From positions 240,001-272,000 of the forward strand of contig NC_016012.1 of NCBI RefSeq assembly GCF_000283555.1: a DNA stretch of 32,000 nucleotides, written 5' to 3'. A program made the translations under genes and the position numbers. Of the stretch, positions 18,240 to 32,000 are shown in pieces. How positions within the stretch are numbered: position 1 is the first letter of the stretch; each line of letters begins with the position of its first letter. This stretch comes from Candidatus Arthromitus sp. SFB-rat-Yit. GTDB taxonomy: Bacteria > Bacillota > Clostridia > Clostridiales > Clostridiaceae. The notes below the pieces were generated by a model. It had not been told where the DNA came from, did not search any database, and saw only the letters and a list, made by a program, of their open reading frames with translations.

Positions 18240-18272
18240 GTGATTTTATCTATAAATATTATATTAAAAGTA

Positions 18273-18321
18273 TTGGATTATATAAAAATAAAGTTATAAT
18301 ATTTTTTAAATTTGGTATAAT
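18273..18321 (+). promoter_or_regulatory. Candidate promoter(s) for the 18358-22416 gene pair
   Basis: One candidate is TTGGAT (18273-18278), 16 nt, TATAAT (18295-18300). A second is the extended -10 TGgTATAAT (18313-18321). Both sit in AT-rich DNA, so specificity is low. Confidence 0.35.
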
Positions 18322-18357
18322 TTACTTAATACATTAGGCTTTTAGGGTGATGTTTTA

Positions 18358-19686
18358 ATGGAGGAGATTAGATATAAGTATAATAAGTACATAGATAATG
18401 AATTGAAAAATAAAATTTCAAATTTAAAGGTGGATGCTTTTGATTTCAAAGATATTAAGTTTACCTATAATATAAGAATATATACGGTGTTTGAAAAACT
18501 TTCTGAGATTTTACCTTATGAAGAAGAAGGAATTGAATTTTTGGACAAAATGATAGGTTATATCAAGAGTTTAGATTTGAATTCCGTCGTTAAATTATGT
18601 GATGATTATGAGTTTAGATTTTTTAAACTCTATGATTATTTAATTGATAATTTAAATCAAAATTTTTTAAATCAAGCTTTATTTAATCTATTTAGAGATG
18701 TTTTATTAAACACTAAAACTATCAATGGCGTAAATTTATCTTTATTTATTTTAAGCATTTTTAATCCTGAAGGATTGTATGAAATATGTTTTAATGATAT
18801 ACAAAGCAATATAGATTATTTAGAAATCGTACCATTTTTAGCATCAGATAAGAATTACTTTACTAATGAATATTTTTTTGCACTTAATTGTTTTTATCAA
18901 GGTAAAAATATAAACTATATTTTAGGTGAATTTAAAAAAAATAATATTAAAAGTTTAAATGTGCTATTATTTGTATTTTATTTATATGGTAATGATTTTC
19001 ATGATTTTAACAACAAGAATTTAATTGATTTTAACGTTTTAAATTATTTAAGACTTATAAGATATAAGTTAAATTTGAATTTTAAGAAGAGTATTTGTGT
19101 AAATAGAGATAGATATTTTAAAATATTTAAAAGGGTTGAGTCTTCTATAGAAAGTTTTAAATATTTGATAAGAGATAAAGATATTTATCATGATATTAAA
19201 TATATACATATTTATTTAAAATTGTTTGGGAAAGAAAGTAATATTTTAAATAGTGATGTTCAAAATTTTATAAAAAGAGAACTTATAGATGGAATTGAAA
19301 GTTTTGATGTTAAAAAATGCAAGTATATATTTGAAATATATAACATTCTAGATATAAATATTTTGAATGTTATCGGAGATTTGTTTATTAAATATTATGA
19401 AAATCTTAGATTCGTTAATTTAATATTTAGAGTGATTATAGAATATAAGTATGCAATGCATGTGATTAAATATTTTGAAGATACATTTTATATAAGTAAA
19501 TTAATAAGAGATACAAAAAGTATTACAACTGTATTAAGAGCACTAATTTTGATATACGAAAAAAATGTGGTGGATGGTGAGACGGGATTAAAAATTATAA
19601 AAAGCTTGATTGTTGATAAGTATTTATATGTTAAATACAATGAATACATAAAATACTTTGTTATTAAGGTTATAGAAAGTAGGTAA
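18358..19686 (+). CDS. Orphan 442-aa cytoplasmic protein (Asn/Ile/Lys/Tyr/Phe-rich, predicted helical); no domain recognised
   Basis: This is a long open frame in AT-rich DNA, with an agggtga RBS 7 nt upstream. There is no signal peptide, TM segment or catalytic motif. The stop codon lies 3 nt before the next start codon. Confidence 0.7.
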   Translation: MEEIRYKYNKYIDNELKNKISNLKVDAFDFKDIKFTYNIRIYTVFEKLSEILPYEEEGIEFLDKMIGYIKSLDLNSVVKLCDDYEFRFFKLYDYLIDNLNQNFLNQALFNLFRDVLLNTKTINGVNLSLFILSIFNPEGLYEICFNDIQSNIDYLEIVPFLASDKNYFTNEYFFALNCFYQGKNINYILGEFKKNNIKSLNVLLFVFYLYGNDFHDFNNKNLIDFNVLNYLRLIRYKLNLNFKKSICVNRDRYFKIFKRVESSIESFKYLIRDKDIYHDIKYIHIYLKLFGKESNILNSDVQNFIKRELIDGIESFDVKKCKYIFEIYNILDINILNVIGDLFIKYYENLRFVNLIFRVIIEYKYAMHVIKYFEDTFYISKLIRDTKSITTVLRALILIYEKNVVDGETGLKIIKSLIVDKYLYVKYNEYIKYFVIKVIESR

Positions 19687-19689
19687 TAT

Positions 19690-22416
19690 ATGTCATATAT
19701 AGGGTATTCTGATAAATTACCTGTATTTACAAAAATAATCTCTTTAATTAGTAAAGACAAAGAAAGTGATACTTTAAATAATAGAAATTACTCTAAATAT
19801 TACAATAAAATCTGCGATTATTTGAACTTAAAGATACATGAAAATGATTTAATCTACTTTATACAATCGAATAAATTTCCAATTATTAAAACGGAATTGT
19901 TAATTTATAATTTAAACAATTTAATAAAGAAAAATATAGAGAATAAGCAAAGATTACATAAATTTATTTCAAATAATATTCATTTATTTAGCCAAAATGA
20001 AATTTTATCCATCATAGCTTTATTATTTGACGATTTTCTGGAATATTATGAATCTTGTATTTTTGCTAGTAATAATTTTTATATTTCATTATTTGGTATT
20101 TTTGTTTCTTCAAATGACGATGAATTTTTACATTCGATAAGTGTTATTTTAAAAGATACTGTAATGCAAGCAAATGAATTTTATTTTTTGATTTTATTTT
20201 TATCAGAGGTTGTTGATTTTGCTATTTATCATAAGTATTTGAAGTTTTTTGTTGACTATTATTTATTTTACAGAGAATCGAAATTACAAAATAATAATCA
20301 TTTATGTGTAGTTATATACGAAATCTTTAGAATAGATTGTTTTTTTTCATCTATGTGGGAAGTTGAGCGTAAGAAATTAGTAAAAAATAGAGATTTCGTA
20401 GTAAATTTATTAAATCTATTAATTTTATATCATCAAGAATCTGCTTATGATATTTTAACTAAGCATGGTATGGATTGTATTGAAGAGTATTTTGAATTAA
20501 TGTATCAATTATTGATTTGTTTGTTTGAATTTGAAGTTGATGAATCAGAATATAAGATTTCTTTAAATATTTATGAGTATATTATACTTGATTACTTAGA
20601 GTTTGATAGTGAATCAATTAAAAGGCTGAAAAATATTTTATTTTCTATATTATCTCAATGCTTAAATAATACATCTATATATTGTCGAGAAAAACTAGAT
20701 ATATATGATTATAATAAAAAAGTTATTTTATTTTATTTACTTAAAAAAGATTATATTTCTCTATTTGAAGAAGTGATTAAACTTGAATCAGTTAGTTATG
20801 AGTTTATGATTACTGTTTTAAAACTTATTTTTTCTGAAACACATGATAATCGATTAGCTTATTTATTGAGATTCAATAATCTTTTACTTAATAATAAAAG
20901 ATTATTGAATAATAATGAAGTTAATAATGTTTTTAATTATATTTTATGGATATTGAATGATATTTTAAAATCAGATAATGATATTAAAAAAATGTCGCCG
21001 ATTATACTAACAGTTTTTAAATATTCAACTTTCACAAATGATAATATCTATGAATTAATAAATAAAATATTTGACATTAAATTTAAAATTGAAAATTACT
21101 TACCATTTGAGGGTAAATCATTTTTGGATAAATTGATAGAAAATGATGGGGTAACTTATCGTAGACTTGATAGGGAATATATATATATTAAAAATATATT
21201 TATTAGGTATAGTAATGAGGTTTTAAATGAAAGAGATAAGCTTATATCTTATTTGGAGAATTATCTTTTATGTAAAAATGAAAAAAGTAAAGAGTATAGA
21301 ATTAAATATTATGAATATATATTAAATTTAAAATATTTTGATTTATATAAATTTGAAGTTAGAAATTATTTTAGTTATAAGAAACATATATATGGAAAAC
21401 TGAAAAGTGAGATTGATTTTTTAATTTATGATTCTGCTAATGAAGAAGGACTTAAATTAGGTATTATATTATCCTTGTTATTTAAATGTAAAAAATATTT
21501 TCATGTATATGGTAAAATAATAAATAAGGTAAATTGGGGAGATATTTATTATGAGATATATAATATTTATGGAAATAAAATATTAAAGCTTGATGAGCTT
21601 GAAAATCATAGCTGTTATATTTTTAGAGTTAAATTTAAATTAAGGTCGATTTATGGAGATAAGAGATTTAAAAACCTTAAAATAAGGAATTCCATTATAA
21701 AAGATATAGTATTTGAAGATTTAAAAACATTTACTGGGAAACTCAATTCTTACTTATTTATATATAGTATAATTTTTTCTAATTATTATTCTGATAAAAC
21801 AAGTAGTATAAATATATTGACGCTGAATTTAAGGAGTATAGTTAAACTTATAAATGAAGATTTAAATAATGAGATAATATTTGATAGTTATATATATTAT
21901 AAATTTATGTTTTATATTTCCATGTATTGTCATAATATTGTATCTTACACTCAAATACAAACATTAGATTATATAAAAGAAAATCTTAAAAATAAATTTT
22001 CGGATATGAATAGTTGTATAGAATTTAAAGAAATCGAAATTAACAATAAAATAAAAACAAGTCGACATATAAGTATGGAATACGAAAAGATTATATCTTT
22101 TATAGATATAATTATAAATGGAGTAAAGACAAGCGAATATTATAATGAAATTTTCTACACAGAAGATATAGATTTGATTACAAGCATATTAAATTCTGAA
22201 ACAAAGTTTTATAATAAAGAAATGGAACTAATTTATAGATATATAAAAATTACAAATTTTAATACTTTAAATGATATATATTTATATAGTTTAAATAAAC
22301 CTATTATAGCTAAAGTGTTTATCAAATTATTAAATAATTACCCAAAAGTGTTACGGAAAACACTAAATAGTGATAAAAATTTTTCTATTTATAAGAAAAT
22401 AGTAGAAATTATATAA
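19690..22416 (+). CDS. Orphan 908-aa cytoplasmic protein (predicted helical scaffold); no domain recognised
   Basis: The 2.7-kb open frame is not expected by chance in this composition. The start is 3 nt after the upstream stop, with aagtaggt acting as an RBS inside the upstream gene. There is no TM segment or signal peptide, and no Walker A or other confident motif. Confidence 0.75.
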   Translation: MSYIGYSDKLPVFTKIISLISKDKESDTLNNRNYSKYYNKICDYLNLKIHENDLIYFIQSNKFPIIKTELLIYNLNNLIKKNIENKQRLHKFISNNIHLFSQNEILSIIALLFDDFLEYYESCIFASNNFYISLFGIFVSSNDDEFLHSISVILKDTVMQANEFYFLILFLSEVVDFAIYHKYLKFFVDYYLFYRESKLQNNNHLCVVIYEIFRIDCFFSSMWEVERKKLVKNRDFVVNLLNLLILYHQESAYDILTKHGMDCIEEYFELMYQLLICLFEFEVDESEYKISLNIYEYIILDYLEFDSESIKRLKNILFSILSQCLNNTSIYCREKLDIYDYNKKVILFYLLKKDYISLFEEVIKLESVSYEFMITVLKLIFSETHDNRLAYLLRFNNLLLNNKRLLNNNEVNNVFNYILWILNDILKSDNDIKKMSPIILTVFKYSTFTNDNIYELINKIFDIKFKIENYLPFEGKSFLDKLIENDGVTYRRLDREYIYIKNIFIRYSNEVLNERDKLISYLENYLLCKNEKSKEYRIKYYEYILNLKYFDLYKFEVRNYFSYKKHIYGKLKSEIDFLIYDSANEEGLKLGIILSLLFKCKKYFHVYGKIINKVNWGDIYYEIYNIYGNKILKLDELENHSCYIFRVKFKLRSIYGDKRFKNLKIRNSIIKDIVFEDLKTFTGKLNSYLFIYSIIFSNYYSDKTSSINILTLNLRSIVKLINEDLNNEIIFDSYIYYKFMFYISMYCHNIVSYTQIQTLDYIKENLKNKFSDMNSCIEFKEIEINNKIKTSRHISMEYEKIISFIDIIINGVKTSEYYNEIFYTEDIDLITSILNSETKFYNKEMELIYRYIKITNFNTLNDIYLYSLNKPIIAKVFIKLLNNYPKVLRKTLNSDKNFSIYKKIVEII

Positions 22417-22430
22417 AGTATAATTTCTAC
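22402..22430 (+). terminator. Perfect 12-bp hairpin overlapping the stop codon of the 908-aa gene (probable terminator/insulator ahead of the rrn promoter)
   Basis: gtagaaattata (22402-22413) pairs with tataatttctac (22419-22430) around the loop taaag, which contains the TAA stop. The downstream T-tract is weak (taaaaatttt). Confidence 0.45.
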
Positions 22431-22461
22431 TAAAAATTTTCAAAAGAATTTTAAAAAGATA

Positions 22462-22490
22462 TTGACCTATTTAATTAAATCTGATATACT
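22462..22490 (+). promoter_or_regulatory. rRNA operon promoter
   Basis: It reads TTGACC (22462-22467), a 17-nt spacer, then TATACT (22485-22490). An A/T-rich UP-like tract (aaaagaattttaaaaagata) precedes it. It lies about 105 nt upstream of the 16S 5' end. Confidence 0.6.
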
Positions 22491-22530
22491 TATGGAAGTA
22501 GAGTAGAAATAAATAAATTCAAAGAAGATA

Positions 22531-22545
22531 GATCATTGACAATTG
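22531..22545 (+). promoter_or_regulatory. boxA-like antitermination element in the 16S leader (operon 1)
   Basis: gatcattgacaattg resembles the rrn boxA core (TGCTCTTTAACAATT type). It recurs at 27654-27668, and a variant gatctttgaaaattg lies upstream of the second 23S. Confidence 0.4.
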
Positions 22546-22596
22546 AATAGGGAAGAGGAAACGAGAAAGTCAACGTTAATTTTGAGAGAATGAGAG

Positions 22597-24122
<1,526 letters not shown>

Positions 24123-24179
24123 AATGAAAGAGAGAACTTTTCCCTATTCAATTGTCAATGATCTATCTTCTTTAATAAT

Positions 24180-24254
24180 TGGCTCCGCGGAGAGGACTCG
24201 AACCTCCAACCTATCGGTTAACAGCCGAGTGCTCCACCATTGAGCTACCGCGGA
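24180..24254 (-). tRNA. tRNA-Asn (GTT), inverted duplicate copy inside the 16S-23S spacer (antisense to the operon; expression from this strand unproven)
   Basis: It is the exact reverse complement of the tRNA at 27563-27637. Confidence 0.7.
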
Positions 24255-24258
24255 ACAA

Positions 24259-24374
24259 ACTGGCAATGACTTACTCTTCCATAGGGGTAACCCTAAAGTA
24301 CCATCAGCACAGTGTAGCTTAACCTTCCTGTTCGGTATGGATAGGGGTGTTACCTACACGTTATAATCACCAGA
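24259..24374 (-). rRNA. rrf: 5S ribosomal RNA, inverted duplicate copy inside the 16S-23S spacer (antisense to the operon; expression unproven)
   Basis: It is the exact reverse complement of the 5S gene at 27443-27558. Confidence 0.7.
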
Positions 24375-24491
24375 TACTGAGAAATATTTTAATCTCTCAA
24401 AATTGTATATAAATAGTAAATAATGCGAAAGGTAGCAAGTTAAATTATTAGCAATAGTAATTTAAGAGCTGGAAAAAATATATAACAAATA

Positions 24492-27384
<2,893 letters not shown>

Positions 27385-27442
27385 AATACTTAGCAAGTTA
27401 TTATTTATATACAATTTTGAGAGATTAAAATATTTCTCAGTA

Positions 27443-27558
27443 TCTGGTGATTATAACGTGTAGGTAACACCCCTATCCATACCGAACAGGAAGGTTAAGC
27501 TACACTGTGCTGATGGTACTTTAGGGTTACCCCTATGGAAGAGTAAGTCATTGCCAGT
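27443..27558 (+). rRNA. rrf: 5S ribosomal RNA
   Basis: tctggtgatt...ccataccgaacaggaaggttaagc...gagagtaagtcattgccag is a typical 5S sequence. It lies 58 nt after the 23S. Confidence 0.93.
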
Positions 27559-27562
27559 TTGT

Positions 27563-27637
27563 TCCGCGGTAGCTCAATGGTGGAGCACTCGGCTGTTAAC
27601 CGATAGGTTGGAGGTTCGAGTCCTCTCCGCGGAGCCA
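27563..27637 (+). tRNA. tRNA-Asn (anticodon GTT), CCA encoded
   Basis: The acceptor stem is TCCGCGG/CCGCGGA. The D-arm is GCTC-AATGGTG-GAGC. The anticodon loop is CTGTTAA. The T-arm is GGAGG-TTCGAGT-CCTCT and the 3' end is GCCA. It lies 4 nt after the 5S. Confidence 0.92.
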
Positions 27638-27653
27638 ATTATTAAAGAAGATA

Positions 27654-27668
27654 GATCATTGACAATTG
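27654..27668 (+). promoter_or_regulatory. boxA-like element in the 16S leader (operon 2)
   Basis: It is identical to 22531-22545 (gatcattgacaattg). Confidence 0.4.
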
Positions 27669-27719
27669 AATAGGGAAGAGGAAACGAGAAAGTCAACGTT
27701 AATTTTGAGAGAATGAGAG

Positions 27720-29245
<1,526 letters not shown>

Positions 29246-29321
29246 AATGAAAGAGAGAACTTTTTCCTATTCAATTGTGAGTGACCTAATAATATAGAGG
29301 TTACTTAATAAAAGAAATAAA

Positions 29322-29336
29322 GATCTTTGAAAATTG
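29322..29336 (+). promoter_or_regulatory. boxA-like element in the 16S-23S spacer of operon 2
   Basis: gatctttgaaaattg lies immediately upstream of the 23S leader stem. The equivalent position in operon 1 reads aatctctcaaaattg. Confidence 0.4.
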
Positions 29337-29422
29337 TATATAAATAGTAAATAATGCGAAAGGTAGCAAGTTAAATTATTAGCAATAGTAATTTAAGAGC
29401 TGGAAAAAATATATAACAAATA

Positions 29423-32000
<2,578 letters not shown>

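Larger units (their letters stand above)
24140..24415. repeat. Left arm of a perfect 276-bp inverted repeat (reverse complement of 27402-27677) occupying the 16S-23S spacer of operon 1
   Basis: I reverse-complemented 27402-27677 by hand and compared it position by position. It is identical over all 276 nt. The flanking bases mismatch (24139/27678 and 24416/27401). Confidence 0.95.
27402..27677. repeat. Right arm of the perfect 276-bp inverted repeat (23S trailer, 5S, tRNA-Asn and first 34 nt of the shared 16S leader)
   Basis: This is the natural-context copy, in sense orientation downstream of the 23S. See the left arm at 24140-24415. Confidence 0.95.

Noticed and set aside
18222-18247. Hairpin aaaatcac/gtgatttt overlapping the manA stop codon as a terminator
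   Set aside because: The stem is a short AT-rich 8 bp with a 10-nt loop and no clear downstream T-tract. The evidence is too weak to call.
1603-19760. Antisense or overlapping ORFs: 1603-1791, 2859-3131, 4548-4823, 4820-5101, 11914-12099, 12099-12401, 12828-13244, 13637-13858, 15416-15781, 19488-19760
   Set aside because: Each lies entirely within, or opposite to, a longer gene with clear homology, RBS or signal peptide. Their products are low-complexity Phe/Ser/Ile-rich shadows typical of the antisense strand of AT-rich genes.
17247-22430. A genomic island integrated at tRNA-Leu and carrying manA and the two orphan genes
   Set aside because: There is no integrase or recombinase gene. I found no direct repeat of the tRNA-Leu 3' end downstream. 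manA looks like ordinary core metabolism.
22535-22540. TTGACA hexamer in the 16S leader (also at 27658) as a second rrn promoter or the promoter of operon 2
   Set aside because: No -10-like hexamer follows at 16-18 nt spacing (aaacga is found there). The hexamer is part of the boxA-like/processing-stem sequence.
24180-24374. The inverted 5S and tRNA-Asn copies as independently expressed minus-strand genes
   Set aside because: On the minus strand upstream (24375-24491) I find only weak AT-rich look-alikes, for example TTGCTA-17-TATTTA. Transcription would also run antisense into the 16S. I kept them as sequence-identical copies but make no expression claim.

Overview
This is a very AT-rich Firmicute-type chromosomal window. 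Gene order polA-coaE-slt and the 16S sequence look Clostridiaceae-like, but that is inference only. Positions 1-9.6 kb hold housekeeping genes: M24B Xaa-Pro peptidase (5'-truncated by the window), lgt, an S1-domain protein, pepD, a rhomboid-like membrane protein with a zinc ribbon, tspO, an amidohydrolase and an acyltransferase-3. Two paralogous secreted low-complexity repeat proteins sit on the minus strand. Positions 10.1-12.0 kb hold a 557-aa orphan protein and a small Cys-rich ORF. Next come rmuC (minus strand), polA, coaE, a lytic transglycosylase, tRNA-Leu(GAG) and a class I mannose-6-phosphate isomerase. Positions 18.4-22.4 kb hold a tightly coupled pair of orphan proteins (442 and 908 aa) with no recognisable domains. 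From 22.46 kb onwards there are two head-to-tail rRNA operons: 16S-23S-5S-tRNA-Asn, then 16S-23S running off the window. The most unusual feature is that the 16S-23S spacer of the first operon is a perfect 276-bp reverse-complement copy of the 23S trailer, 5S, tRNA-Asn and 16S-leader segment. The first 23S gene is therefore bracketed by long perfect inverted repeats, and both junctions lie inside the natural processing-stem complementarities. I saw no CRISPR array, transposase or integrase. All ORFs listed beyond 22490 are artefacts inside rRNA.
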